DNA of 64,000 bases from Alphaproteobacteria bacterium (GCA_964291415.2 OZ219917.1:1024001-1088000), one strand, 5' to 3'. Counted from the stretch's first letter, positions 20,870 through 31,243 are shown. Notes: generated by a model from the sequence alone, not told the origin. Program-made: numbers and translations.

Positions 20870-23602
20870 ATGACCTTCCGGACCCTTGAAAAGATCACCA
20901 CCCTGCCGGAGCCATACGACAGGGAACAGGCAATCGTGCGGCGGGAACGCTGGCTGGCTGCCTGCGATCTCCTGCCCGAAGTCAGGGAAGTGTCGCATGA
21001 GTTGAGCCGTGATGCCACCGGAAGTGCCCTTCTCGATGCCGTGCTCGGCAACAGCCCCTACCTGGCTCGCTGTCTCGTGCGGCATCCGGGAGTCGTCTCG
21101 CTCTGGGCGAGCGAAGGTCCCGAGGCCAGCGTGCGAGCCGCTCTCGCAGGGCTCGCCCGGGATGGGGCAGGAAACGACCTCGCGCGCCGGCTCCGCCATG
21201 CGCGGGCCATGATCGCGGTGGCGGTGGCGCTGGGCGACATATCCCGTTTGTGGCGTTGGCGGGAGGTCACTCAAGCCCTCTCCGAATACGCCGAAACCGC
21301 CTGCCGTGTCGCCACGGCCCACCTGCTCGCCGGCATCCCGGGTGGTGACGCCCGGAGCGACGATCCTGCGAGGGAGAGTGGCTTCATCGTTCTTGCTCTG
21401 GGCAAGCTCGGAGGTCGCGAGCTGAACTACTCAAGCGACATCGATCTCATAGCGCTGTGGGACGATGAGCGGTTTGCCCGCTTTGGCCCCGATTCTCTTG
21501 CGGTCTCGGTGCGTCTCGTCAGGAGTTTCATCAGGCTGCTCCAGGAACCCACGGCCGACGGTTTCGCCTTGAGGACGGATTTCAGACTGCGCCCCGACCC
21601 TCGCGCCACGCCGCTCGCCATGTCGGTTGATTCCGCGGAACTCTACTACGAGAGTCTTGGTCAGAACTGGGAACGCTCGGCGATGATCAAGGCGCGTCCG
21701 GTCGCCGGTGATCTGGAAGCGGGCGAGGCCTTCCTGGCACGGCTCAGGCCCTTCGTGTGGCGCCGCCATCTGGATTTCGAGGCGATCAGGGACATTCACT
21801 CGATCCGGAGGAAGATTCATGTGTCGAGAGGTGGAGACGTAGTCCGGGTCCCTGGTCACAACCTCAAGCTCGGCCGCGGCGGCATTCGGGAGATCGAATT
21901 TCTCACTCAGGCACACCAGCTGATCTTTGGTGGTCGCAACCCCGACCTGCGCAGGCGGGCAACCTGCGATGCCCTTGAAGCCCTCTGTGAGGCGGCGCTC
22001 ATCGATCGCCAGACTCGCATGGACCTCACAGAGGCGTACGGCGAACTGCGCCGCGTCGAGCATCGCCTGCAGATGATCGACAATGCGCAGACACACGAGG
22101 TTCCCGGCACCCCGGGAAGGCTCGATCACATCTCAACGTTCCTCGCATATCGTGACAGCACCGCGTTCGCCGATCATCTCAAGGATGTCCTGCAGTCGGT
22201 CGAATGTCACTACAGCCGCTTCTTCGAATCGGACGACGAGGCCCGGCCGGCGCCTGCGGCCCAGGGAGGAGAGCTGGTCGCCGCATTGCAGGGCATGGGG
22301 TTTGTGGACTGCGCCGGGATGGCCGCCCGTCTCGGTGCCTGGCGCACCGGCGAGGTTCGTGCCCTGCGTCACGAACGGTCACGGGAACTTGTCGAATCGC
22401 TGCTCCCGCGTCTGCTGGCCGGACTGGCAGCGACAGGGGATCCTGACAGGGCCTTTCGGGCATTTCATGACTTTCTCTGCCACCTGCCCGCCGGCGTGCG
22501 GATCTTTTCCCTCCTGGAGCGTCATCCGCATCTCATCGATCTCGTGGCGGGTATCATGGCAACGTCTCCACGCCTTGCTGCCATGCTCGGCGCGACTCCG
22601 GTTCTCCTTGACTACGCCCTCGCCAGCGAATTCAGCGAACCGCTACCCACGAAGCCCCTTCTCGATGAAGACCTCGCAACCAACCTCCAGATGGCGGAGC
22701 ATGAGGAGGATCTGCTCGATCGGGTCCGTCGCTGGTTTCATGATCGCGAGTTTCGCCTGGCAGTCCGTCTCATCGAAGGCGACTGCGATCCCGCAGGAGT
22801 CCTGAACGACCTTGCCAACCTGCGCGATGTGGTCATCAGTCAGCTCTTCTGCCGCTCGGTTGCCCGGTTCGGCGAGCGGCACGGGTGCTTGCCGGGCGGC
22901 GCGCTGGCCATTCTGGCAGCGGGACGTTACGGCAGACGCACGCCGTCCTTCGGAGCGGCGATCGATCTTGCCATCGTTCACCACCACGACGATCCGGAGG
23001 CACGCTCCGACGGGCCGAGACCGCTCGGTGCGCGGGCATGGACTGACAAGCTGGTGCAACGCCTGATGACTGCGTTGACGGTCACCACCAACGCAGGCTC
23101 CCTGTTTCAGGTCAGGCTGGTCCTTGTTCCGCCGGGCGGTGCCGACACGCGGACGTCGAGTCTCGGGAGACTGCAGGAACTCTGCGACGCGGATGCGTCC
23201 GCGGTGAACAGGTTCGCTCTGGCCGGCGCCAGGGTTGTCGCGGCGACGGAGTCCCTTGGCGACGAGGTCGACCGGGCCATTGCCCGTGCCCGTTCCGGGT
23301 CCGCAATCGACGTGCTTGCAGTGGACGGGGAGTTGATCGATCTGCCGGACTGGCTCTTCGGCACGACGTCGCTTTCCTCTGACCTTTCCGCTGCGAGGAA
23401 CCTGCTGCTCTGCGTCCGTGCGTTCAGAGAGTGCGCCCTAGGCGACGCGTCCCTGGATCCGTCCGGCGCCTTTGCTGAACGACTTGTCAGGCTCACCGGG
23501 TCGACGGACGCCGTCGACCTGCAGGGTCGCCTCGACCGCGCACGGCGCGACATGGAATCTGCAGCCACCCGCCCTCATCGTCTGCAGTCGGGGTCGGCCT
23601 GA
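20870..23602 (+). CDS. glnE: Bifunctional GS adenylyltransferase/removase with a degenerate C-terminal domain
   Basis: N-domain LGKLGGRELNYSSDIDL, D.RLRP, WERSAMIKAR and KLGRGGIREIEF. The equivalent C-domain motif reads AGRYGRRTPSFGAAIDL. Confidence 0.9.
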   Translation: MTFRTLEKITTLPEPYDREQAIVRRERWLAACDLLPEVREVSHELSRDATGSALLDAVLGNSPYLARCLVRHPGVVSLWASEGPEASVRAALAGLARDGAGNDLARRLRHARAMIAVAVALGDISRLWRWREVTQALSEYAETACRVATAHLLAGIPGGDARSDDPARESGFIVLALGKLGGRELNYSSDIDLIALWDDERFARFGPDSLAVSVRLVRSFIRLLQEPTADGFALRTDFRLRPDPRATPLAMSVDSAELYYESLGQNWERSAMIKARPVAGDLEAGEAFLARLRPFVWRRHLDFEAIRDIHSIRRKIHVSRGGDVVRVPGHNLKLGRGGIREIEFLTQAHQLIFGGRNPDLRRRATCDALEALCEAALIDRQTRMDLTEAYGELRRVEHRLQMIDNAQTHEVPGTPGRLDHISTFLAYRDSTAFADHLKDVLQSVECHYSRFFESDDEARPAPAAQGGELVAALQGMGFVDCAGMAARLGAWRTGEVRALRHERSRELVESLLPRLLAGLAATGDPDRAFRAFHDFLCHLPAGVRIFSLLERHPHLIDLVAGIMATSPRLAAMLGATPVLLDYALASEFSEPLPTKPLLDEDLATNLQMAEHEEDLLDRVRRWFHDREFRLAVRLIEGDCDPAGVLNDLANLRDVVISQLFCRSVARFGERHGCLPGGALAILAAGRYGRRTPSFGAAIDLAIVHHHDDPEARSDGPRPLGARAWTDKLVQRLMTALTVTTNAGSLFQVRLVLVPPGGADTRTSSLGRLQELCDADASAVNRFALAGARVVAATESLGDEVDRAIARARSGSAIDVLAVDGELIDLPDWLFGTTSLSSDLSAARNLLLCVRAFRECALGDASLDPSGAFAERLVRLTGSTDAVDLQGRLDRARRDMESAATRPHRLQSGSA

Positions 23603-23623
23603 GTCAGGTCTGTCCCGTTGCCG

Positions 23624-24274
23624 TCAGGACCTGTGGTCCGTGGCGGGAGTGATCCGGTAGCAGCAGCGATCACTCCCGGACAACAGGTGGTCAATGCGTT
23701 CGACCTTCACCTTGCGGCCGAGGATGTTCTGGAACATGAAGAGTTCCGCCGTGCACAGTTCGCCGCACGTGCGCGCGGCAGCTGCGATGGAACAGTGGCT
23801 CTCGATGAAGATGTGGCTGCCGCCATCTTCCCGGTGCCACTCCGCCATGAAACCGTCGGCTGTGCGCTGATCGGCGAGGACGGCGAGGCGGTCCTCCGTG
23901 GAACTGCCGGGCTCGATGAAGGAACGGTACCTCTCCGTCGTCTCACGGCGATAGGCCGTGATCAGCTTTCTCAACCCCGACGCGCCGAAGACCTTGCGGA
24001 TGCCACGAAGGAGGGCTTCGGAAAGATCGAGATGGTTGTCCGGAAACTCGCCGTTCCCTCGCGACGTGAGGGCCCAGATCCGTGCCGGACGACCGACGCC
24101 TGACCAGGATTCCCGGTAGTCGGTCAGGCGATCCGTATGCAGACGCCTGAGGTGCTGGCGAACGGCGACGGTGCTGATGTCCAGATGCGAAGCAAGGGTC
24201 GATGCCGACATCGGTCCCTGCGTCTTCAGCAGAAACAGGATCCTTTGCCGTGAATGTCTCCTGATCTGCGCCAT
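23624..24274 (-). CDS. SufR-like wHTH (ArsR/DeoR-type) regulator with C-terminal Cys ligands
   Basis: ILFLLK...LA..L.IS..AVRQHL..L, GRP...W.LT..G...FP and HC.I..AA..C..LC..E...F...H...G..RC.Y.I. Confidence 0.75.
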   Translation of the reverse strand: MAQIRRHSRQRILFLLKTQGPMSASTLASHLDISTVAVRQHLRRLHTDRLTDYRESWSGVGRPARIWALTSRGNGEFPDNHLDLSEALLRGIRKVFGASGLRKLITAYRRETTERYRSFIEPGSSTEDRLAVLADQRTADGFMAEWHREDGGSHIFIESHCSIAAAARTCGELCTAELFMFQNILGRKVKVERIDHLLSGSDRCCYRITPATDHRS

Positions 24275-24348
24275 AAGGCACAGTGATGCATGCGCTCATA
24301 ACGGTCAAGGCGCCGGCGCAGGCATGCCCCGGCCTGCCTCCCGATATG

Positions 24349-25665
24349 TCAGGAGCCCAGGCGGGGAAGCCAGAGCACCAGATCGGGGATGGCGAAGAGG
24401 AGGCCGATGCGCACCAGTTCGATGGCAATGAAGGGAATGAGACCGCGAAAGGTGTCGCTGAGCGCCACGCTCCTTGCGAGGCCGTGGATGACGTAGACGT
24501 TCATGCCGACAGGAGGGGTGATGAGGCCGAGTTCAATGACCACAAGGGCGAGAATGCCGAACCAGATGGCCGTGTCGTCGGCCGTCATTCCGAGATCCAG
24601 CGCCAGGAGGATGGGCAGGAACACCGGCATGGTCAGCAGGATGACGGAGAGCGAATCCATGAAACAGCCGGCGGCGAGATAGAAGAGCAGCATCAGGAAG
24701 ACCACGAGCCAGGGCCCGGTGCCGGCTCCTGTCAGCCAGGCGCCCAGTTCCTGGGGCAGCCGGGTGAAGGCAAGACCGGCACTGAAGAGTTCGGCGCCCA
24801 GGAGAATGAGAAAGATCATCGCCGAAGTCTGCCCTGTGGCCAGCAGCGCGGTCACGAGGCCCCGCATTCGCATGCCGCGTGCCAGGGCCAGGAAGAACGT
24901 CGCAACAGCCCCCACCGATGCCCCTTCGACAGGCGTGAACCAGCCGATGTAGATACCGCCGATCACCACCACGAAGACACCAACGACCACCCATACGCTG
25001 GCCAGGGCCCGCCGCCTGTCTTGACGGTCGGCACGGGCCTCGAGGGGCGCGATCGAAGGCCGGAGCCAGACCGACACCTGGATGGCAACGACAAACCCCA
25101 ACACCGCGAGGAGACCGGGAAGGAGTGCTGCAAGGAACATGTCGCCGATCAGCTGTTCGCTCAGGATGGCGTAGATCACCAGCACGAAACTCGGCGGAAT
25201 GAGAATGCCCAGCGTGCCGCCGGCAGCCAGTGTCGCGGTGGCGAAGGACCCGGCGTAGCCGGCACGACGCATTTCCGGCCAGGCTGCCTGGCCCATCGTG
25301 GCGGCCGTGGCGAGTGACGAACCGCAGATGGCGCCGAACCCCGCTGCGCCGGTGACGGAGGCGAGAGCGAGACCGCCGCGCCGGTGGCCCATCCAGGCGC
25401 GCGCCGCAGCGAAGAGGGCCAGGTTCATGCCCGACTGCGTGGCGAACTGGCCCATCAGGAGAAAGAGCGGGATGACGGCCAGACTGTGGGTGGAGGCGAG
25501 AAAGAAGGGCGTCGTCTGCAGGTGAAAGAACAAGGGGTCGACACCACGCACGACGGCATAGGCGACACCACCGGTGACCAGCATGGCAAGTCCCACCGGG
25601 ACCCTGAGAACGATCAGTCCGAGCAGGCCGGCCAACATGGCAAGGCCGGTCTCGACACCGCTCAA
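24349..25665 (-). CDS. dctM: TRAP transporter large permease
   Basis: IPLFLLMG, FGAICGSSLAT, AGGTLGILIPPS and ELGLITPPVGMN. Confidence 0.93.
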   Translation of the reverse strand: MSGVETGLAMLAGLLGLIVLRVPVGLAMLVTGGVAYAVVRGVDPLFFHLQTTPFFLASTHSLAVIPLFLLMGQFATQSGMNLALFAAARAWMGHRRGGLALASVTGAAGFGAICGSSLATAATMGQAAWPEMRRAGYAGSFATATLAAGGTLGILIPPSFVLVIYAILSEQLIGDMFLAALLPGLLAVLGFVVAIQVSVWLRPSIAPLEARADRQDRRRALASVWVVVGVFVVVIGGIYIGWFTPVEGASVGAVATFFLALARGMRMRGLVTALLATGQTSAMIFLILLGAELFSAGLAFTRLPQELGAWLTGAGTGPWLVVFLMLLFYLAAGCFMDSLSVILLTMPVFLPILLALDLGMTADDTAIWFGILALVVIELGLITPPVGMNVYVIHGLARSVALSDTFRGLIPFIAIELVRIGLLFAIPDLVLWLPRLGS

Positions 25666-25756
25666 GGGTCACCTCGCCAGCCGTTCGTCACGACCGGGCC
25701 GAACCCGGCCTGTTGCACCGGCAGCGGGCCAGCCGGAACGGTGGGCGCGTGGGCTG

Positions 25757-26221
25757 TCACCGGTCGGCGTGGGAGACGCTGACGAGACTGACGGCAGCGA
25801 GCAACACCAGGGAGAAGACGATCGCCGGAAACAGCCACCACAGGGCGAGTCCGAGGACCATTGTCGATTCCTGCCACGCTCTCAGATCCTCGCCTCCCAG
25901 GTACATGCGCCAGGCGAGCAGCAGCGCCACCACCACCAGGAGGCACGCTGCTGCGGCATCGAGCCAGGCGACGGCGCGTGGCGCCAGCCAACGCCGCGCC
26001 AGGGCGACGGTGACATGACCACGCTGTACCTGGCACCAGGGCAGACCGGCAAAGAAGGCGAGCGCGCTTCCCAACGCCACCAGTTCCGTATCGCCGGGAA
26101 CCGGCCCCCAGCCGAGATTTCTGCCGGCGATGGAAAAAACCGACACCAGGGCGACGGCCATCAGGGCGGCGGCACCGACAAGGGCCCAGGCCGCGGCCAG
26201 GCGGTGGAGAAGGCGTGTCAA
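25757..26221 (-). CDS. dctQ: TRAP transporter small permease
   Basis: Four TM segments, GR...PVPGD.ELV and RGHVTV. Probable TTG start at 26221. Confidence 0.8.
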   Translation of the reverse strand: MTRLLHRLAAAWALVGAAALMAVALVSVFSIAGRNLGWGPVPGDTELVALGSALAFFAGLPWCQVQRGHVTVALARRWLAPRAVAWLDAAAACLLVVVALLLAWRMYLGGEDLRAWQESTMVLGLALWWLFPAIVFSLVLLAAVSLVSVSHADR

Positions 26222-26234
26222 GGGAAGGCCGGGG

Positions 26235-27251
26235 TCATTCCCCGTAGTGGTCGACGAGACTCTTCGCCTCGTCCAGGAGCGCCTGGCCGTCGAGGCCCGA
26301 CTCGTCCATGGCTGCGACCCAGGCATCGATTATCGGCTGCGTGGCCTGGCGCCAGCGCTCCTGTTCGGCGGCATCGAGAACGATGATGTTGCCGCCGCCA
26401 TCGGCCACGATCCTGCGCGCCTCGATCTCGTTCGCATCCCAGATGGCGCCTGCCCGGCGCGCCGCCTCCACCCCCGAGTTGTCGTCGATCACCTGCTTGA
26501 GGGCATCGGGCAGGCCGTCGTAGACGTCCCGGTTCATCGCCAGGAGGAACACCGCGGTGTAGAGACCGCTTTCGGTGTGATGACGGGTGAGTTCCGGCAG
26601 ACGCAGGGCGAGGGTGACCTCGTACGGAACGAGGGCGCCCTCGACAACGCCCCTGGAGACGGCCTCGGGCACCTCCGGCACGGGCATCCCCACCGGGACG
26701 GCCCCCAGAGCCCCCAGTGCTGCGTTGATCTGGCGGGACGGTGCCCGCAACCTGAGCCCGGCGAAATCCTCGATCGAGGCAACCGGTGTCGAGCGCGTGT
26801 GAATGACGCCAGGAGCGTGGGCATGGAGGATGAGGGGCTTCACCCCATCGAACTCCTCGACGAGATGGTCATCATGGAAGTCCATGACCGCCTGACTCGT
26901 CGCTTCGGCGGAACCGGCGACGAAGGGCAGTTCGAAGACCTCGGCAACGGGAAAGCGGCCGGGGGTGTAGCCGGGCAGGGTCCAGATGATGTCAGCAATG
27001 CCCGTGCGCGCCTGATCGAAGAGCTGGGGCGGTTTGCCGCCCAGCGTCATCGACGGGTAGATCTCGATGGCGATGCGGCCCCCGGACTGCTCCTCCACCC
27101 TTTCTGCCCAGGGTGCCAGAAAGGTCTTGTGGGTGTTGGACTGGGGCGACAGGAAATGGTGCAGGGTGAGCGTGACATCCTGTGCCGGAGAGGGCAGCGT
27201 TCCGGCGGCGAGAAGGACGAGGCTGGCGAGGAGTGCCGGTCGCATGTCCAT
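26235..27251 (-). CDS. dctP: TRAP transporter substrate-binding protein
   Basis: Signal peptide, HHFL.P, SGGRI.IEIYP.M.LGG, YTPGRFP..E.FELPF and GL.LR. The longer ORF-track start is an antisense extension over xth. Confidence 0.92.
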   Translation of the reverse strand: MDMRPALLASLVLLAAGTLPSPAQDVTLTLHHFLSPQSNTHKTFLAPWAERVEEQSGGRIAIEIYPSMTLGGKPPQLFDQARTGIADIIWTLPGYTPGRFPVAEVFELPFVAGSAEATSQAVMDFHDDHLVEEFDGVKPLILHAHAPGVIHTRSTPVASIEDFAGLRLRAPSRQINAALGALGAVPVGMPVPEVPEAVSRGVVEGALVPYEVTLALRLPELTRHHTESGLYTAVFLLAMNRDVYDGLPDALKQVIDDNSGVEAARRAGAIWDANEIEARRIVADGGGNIIVLDAAEQERWRQATQPIIDAWVAAMDESGLDGQALLDEAKSLVDHYGE

Positions 27252-27371
27252 GACGGATCTCCGATCTCGGGGCGGGCGGACCATTAGAGTGGAAAGGCGG
27301 CCCATGCAACGCCGAAATTGGCAGCAACGGCGTGGACGATGTGCTGCGCCCCGGCTAGTTTGCGCGCCGTC

Positions 27372-28182
27372 ATGACGCGCTTCACTATCGCCACCTGGAA
27401 CATCAACTCGGTCCGTCTGCGGATCGAGCAGGTGCTGGGGTTTCTGGACAAGTACCGGCCGGACGTGCTGTGTCTCCAGGAAACCAGAACGGCCGACGCC
27501 ACCTTTCCCGGCGACGCGTTCGCGGAAGCGGGCTGGCCGCACGCCATGATTGCCGGGTTCAAGGGCCGCAACGGTGTGGCGATCCTGAGCCGCCACCCCT
27601 TTGCCGCCAGCCGCGTGCTGTCGTGGTGCGGCAGGGACGATGGTCGCCACGTCCAGGTGACATTTCCCGACGGCCTCCAGCTCGACAACATCTACGTGCC
27701 GGCAGGCGGCGCCATTCCGGATCCGGAGATCAACGAGCTGTTCGCCCACAAGCTCGACTTCCTGGAGGAGGTGACGAAGTGGATCGTCGGAGAGCAGGAA
27801 ACGGGCTCGCGACGAATTCTTGTCGGCGACTTCAACATCGCGCCACTGGAAAACGACGTGTGGTCGCACAAGAAGCTCATTCGCGCCGTCTCCCACACCC
27901 CGGTGGAGGTGGCTGCACTGGGGCGTCTCTACGCGTCCCATGACTGGACCGACAGTGCCCGACATTTCGTGCCGGCCTCCGAGAAGCTCTATTCCTGGTG
28001 GCCCTACAGGAGTGGCCGGGACTGGTCCGCAAGGGACCATGGCCGGCGCCTCGATCACGTCTGGGTGACCCCGGCCCTTGGTGTCGTCGCTGCGGAGTTG
28101 CGAGACACTGCGTCACATGCGCGGACACGACCAGCCAAGCGATCATGTTCCGGTGATCGTCACCCTGGAGTTCTCCGGATGA
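27372..28182 (+). CDS. xth: Exodeoxyribonuclease III with one frameshift at about 28080
   Basis: ATWNINSVR, LCLQE, N.Y.P.G, GDFNIAP, YSWW.Y and RLDH. The terminal PSDHVPV...FSG* is in the +1 frame and its TGA overlaps the next ATG. Confidence 0.88.
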
Positions 28183-28943
28183 GCGCGGACAAGGCCTGGC
28201 ATGTCTCCGTCGAGGGCGCCATCGTCACACTGACGCTCGATCGGCCGGACAAGCACAATCTGCTGAAAATGTCCGAGGTCGACGATCTGATCGGCGACCT
28301 CGATGCCCTTGATGCCGACACCTCGCTCAGGGTGATCGTGATCACGGGCACGGGTAGCAGGACGTTCTCGGCCGGAGTCGACCTCGGCGACATCCTGACC
28401 CGGGACTGGACCGACAATCCCGTGGAGCGCCTTGCCGACCGCATCGAGGAGCTGCGCCCGGTGACCGTCGCGGCGCTCAACGGCAACGTCTACGGTGCGG
28501 CCGCCGATCTTGCCCTGGCTTGCGATTTCCGCATCGGCGTCGAGGGCATGAGGCTGGTCATGCCACCGGCGCGCTATGGGCTCGTCTTCCATGAATCGGG
28601 TCTGCGCCGTTTCATCGAGAAGCTGGGCCCCGGAACCGCGCGTCAGCTTTTCCTTGCGTCTTGCGACATGCCCGCCCGGCGCCTCCTCGAGACCGGGTAT
28701 CTCGACCAGTTGTGCGCCCGCGACGACTTTGCCGACACGGTGAAGGCGTTCGCCGGGCACCTTGCGTCCCTCTCCCCGCTGTCTCTTGCCATCACCTCGC
28801 AGGCGATCACGGACATCTCGCGGGGCACGCTCGATTCCGCCAGGCTCAAGCGTGAGACGGTGGCGTGTTTTTCCACCGACGATGCCCGCGAAGGCATGGC
28901 CGCGGCACGGGAGAAGAGACCTCCCCGATTCACCGGCCGCTGA
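28179..28943 (+). CDS. Enoyl-CoA hydratase/isomerase family protein
   Basis: LTLDRP.K.N, FSAGVDL, AALNG...G....LALACDFRI and EG..A.REKRPP.F.GR. Confidence 0.88.
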   Translation: MSADKAWHVSVEGAIVTLTLDRPDKHNLLKMSEVDDLIGDLDALDADTSLRVIVITGTGSRTFSAGVDLGDILTRDWTDNPVERLADRIEELRPVTVAALNGNVYGAAADLALACDFRIGVEGMRLVMPPARYGLVFHESGLRRFIEKLGPGTARQLFLASCDMPARRLLETGYLDQLCARDDFADTVKAFAGHLASLSPLSLAITSQAITDISRGTLDSARLKRETVACFSTDDAREGMAAAREKRPPRFTGR

Positions 28944-29170
28944 CGGGGCGCGGAACGGCGTTCGACGAGTCGCCAGCCTCTCGCGGTCGGGTCATGTCGG
29001 TGTCAACGGGGAACCGATCTTCCGGGAGAACCGGTCGCCGGCGCGGAGATGCTGGCTGACACCGGACGGAGGGCAGCACGAATCCGTCCTGGCCCTGTGC
29101 CACAGTGAACTCACGCTCCGGTTCCCGTACCCGATGCAGCAGACGACAAGCGGGGGCCTTCCCGCTGGGG

Positions 29171-29947
29171 TCACGGGCCGCCTGTCGTGTTGCCGTCCAC
29201 GAACTCTGCGGCCCGGAAAGACAGTTCCTTGTAAAGGACCATGAGGACGTCGTCCTTGAAGAAGTGGTACCGGCACGGCTCCTCACCCCAGGCGACGACG
29301 TGCCAGCAGACCCCTCCTTCGTCATCGATGCTCCAGGTGCCGGTCTGGTGAACGCCGTTCCACACGGTCGTCAGGGCGAAATCGGGCGCGTGGTAGACCG
29401 CGCCATAGGCGTCGGCGTCGAGGATCGCGGTCTTGTCCGAGACCAGTGCGAGGGTCTCCTCCGGCGTGAAGAGCTCCAGGGCAAAGTTCGGATCGATGTC
29501 TTCGGCGGAATCCGGCGCTTCGACACCGGCCTGCAGGTAATCAAGGGTGTTGCCTTCCTGGAGCTCGGGAGCGGGTCCCGAGTCACCCTGGTAGGCGTAC
29601 ATGATGGCTCCGGCGCTGTGATAGTAGGCCTCGCAAGGAAGCTCGCCCCAACTGTCGATGTGCCAGCACAGTTCACCGTGCTCCGTAGTCGACCATGTTC
29701 CGCTGTCGCGCGCACCGTCCCACAGGGTCTGAAGGGTTCCGTCCTCTGCATAATGGGCCCCACCGTTCGGGTCCCAGACCTGGGTGTTGCCGGCGAGATA
29801 CGCATAGAGTTCACCGCGGGTGAAGCGCGTCGCATTCTCGGGCAAGTCGGGGTTGTCCTGGGCGGACGCAAGCGTTGCGAGCGAAGTAGCTGCAAGAAAC
29901 AGCAGCAGAGCCAGCATCGCTTGCACGGATCTTGTCCATGTTGTCAT
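29171..29947 (-). CDS. Secreted protein with two tandem DUF995-like repeats
   Basis: Signal peptide. The repeat T..E....(G/D).T...GA.Y..D......W.G....GTWS....G..CWH...WGE.PC occurs twice. Confidence 0.7.
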   Translation of the reverse strand: MTTWTRSVQAMLALLLFLAATSLATLASAQDNPDLPENATRFTRGELYAYLAGNTQVWDPNGGAHYAEDGTLQTLWDGARDSGTWSTTEHGELCWHIDSWGELPCEAYYHSAGAIMYAYQGDSGPAPELQEGNTLDYLQAGVEAPDSAEDIDPNFALELFTPEETLALVSDKTAILDADAYGAVYHAPDFALTTVWNGVHQTGTWSIDDEGGVCWHVVAWGEEPCRYHFFKDDVLMVLYKELSFRAAEFVDGNTTGGP

Positions 29948-30093
29948 GGTGTTTGCTCCCGTCTGCCGCTGGCAGGATCTTCAGTCTTTCCACAGGACGC
30001 CCACTGACGACATGCGCCGCGCACGCCATCGCAGGAGCTCATCGTTGGACCTGCCACAGCATGGCTCCAGTGACAGGATAGGGCAGGGACGCC

Positions 30094-31083
30094 CTACTGC
30101 GCGGTGAGCTGTGCGCTTTCCATGTCATCGTTCGGATCCGGCATCTGGCCATAGGAGTCCGGTGGCCATGCGAGACAACGGCCCTCACTGTCCCCGGTCA
30201 GGAAGCCGCCCGCACCGCCGTCGGGGCCACCCCAGCGATCGGACTGCCCGTTGTCACGGTAGTTGAAGAAGAGATACTCGGTTTCGAGGTCATAGCCCAT
30301 CGCAATGGCTTCCTCGGTGAGGGCGCCGTCTTCATCGACCCAGGCAATGCCATTGGCGTCAAGGAAGTAGTCGTCTGCCATCACGCCTTCCAGCATCTTG
30401 TTGCACCTGTCGCCATGGCCGAAGTCACGATTGGCGAGCGTGCGGCCGATACGCGCGTTGCAGTCGGTCCGGATCTGGTTGAGGCCGTAGAACGACGATT
30501 CCATGAAAGGCGAGCCGTCCCACTCGATCAGATGGCCCTTCTCGTCGGTCGCGAAGTGGCCACCGGCAAAGTGCAGCATCAGCCACCAGCCGTCGGCGTT
30601 CTCCGAGGCGACCGTTCGGATGTAGTCCCGGTACCATTCGACGTAGTAGCCGTAGGCGTCCCAGGGCCAGTCGGTCACGCCGGTCAGGGACTGGCAGTCA
30701 TAATCGTCGTGGGCGCAGGTTCCGCCCCGTGCCCCTTCGGTGTTGTAGTAGGCCCAGCAGATGGTCGACTGGCCGAGGTCGGAGTTGCTGTATCGATGTT
30801 GCAGATCGTAGAGATGCGCGTGGATTGTGGGGTAGCGGATGCTGTCGAGCAGTTCCTGTGACGGTTCCAGTGACAACAACCCCTTTTCCGCATCGATGGT
30901 CAGCGTCATCTCGCCATTGACCGTGGGATCGCCGTGGGGCACCCAGCCGGGCTCGTAGCTGTTGGGCGCTCCGCATACCGGAAAGGTGTAGGTCAGGATC
31001 TCGGCGTGGCCGCTCGAGGGAACCGTGCAGGCCGTGAAAAGGGCTGTCACGGCGAAGAGGGCATGGCGGTGTTTCCTGAACAT
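30094..31083 (-). CDS. Secreted acidic hypothetical protein
   Basis: GGAG RBS, signal peptide (MFRKHRHALFAVTALF...GHA), 329 aa rich in D/G/Y/W with several Cys. No confident family. Confidence 0.7.
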   Translation of the reverse strand: MFRKHRHALFAVTALFTACTVPSSGHAEILTYTFPVCGAPNSYEPGWVPHGDPTVNGEMTLTIDAEKGLLSLEPSQELLDSIRYPTIHAHLYDLQHRYSNSDLGQSTICWAYYNTEGARGGTCAHDDYDCQSLTGVTDWPWDAYGYYVEWYRDYIRTVASENADGWWLMLHFAGGHFATDEKGHLIEWDGSPFMESSFYGLNQIRTDCNARIGRTLANRDFGHGDRCNKMLEGVMADDYFLDANGIAWVDEDGALTEEAIAMGYDLETEYLFFNYRDNGQSDRWGGPDGGAGGFLTGDSEGRCLAWPPDSYGQMPDPNDDMESAQLTAQ

Positions 31084-31149
31084 GGCACAAGATCCTCCGT
31101 TGCACTCGGAAGCAACTGTGTCAGTCCGGAACCGCCTTGTCCACCTGAA

Positions 31150-31171
31150 ACTGACTGACCAGTCAATCAGT
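31150..31171. promoter_or_regulatory. Palindromic putative repressor (TetR-like) site
   Basis: ACTGACTGAC-CA-GTCAATCAGT (9 of 10 pairs), about 70 bp upstream of the 31083 start. Confidence 0.4.
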
Positions 31172-31243
31172 CAGCCGCAGGCGAGACCCTGGAGACCGTT
31201 CCGCATCACGGGAGGATGGCCGCGAGCGGGAAAGCTCTCCGGT

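Noticed and set aside
27318-28943. Apparent ExoIII-enoyl-CoA hydratase fusion (541 aa)
   Set aside because: The ExoIII catalytic PSDH and its own stop are in the +1 frame, overlapping the hydratase ATG (ATGA at 28179). One extra G near 28080 creates the fusion.
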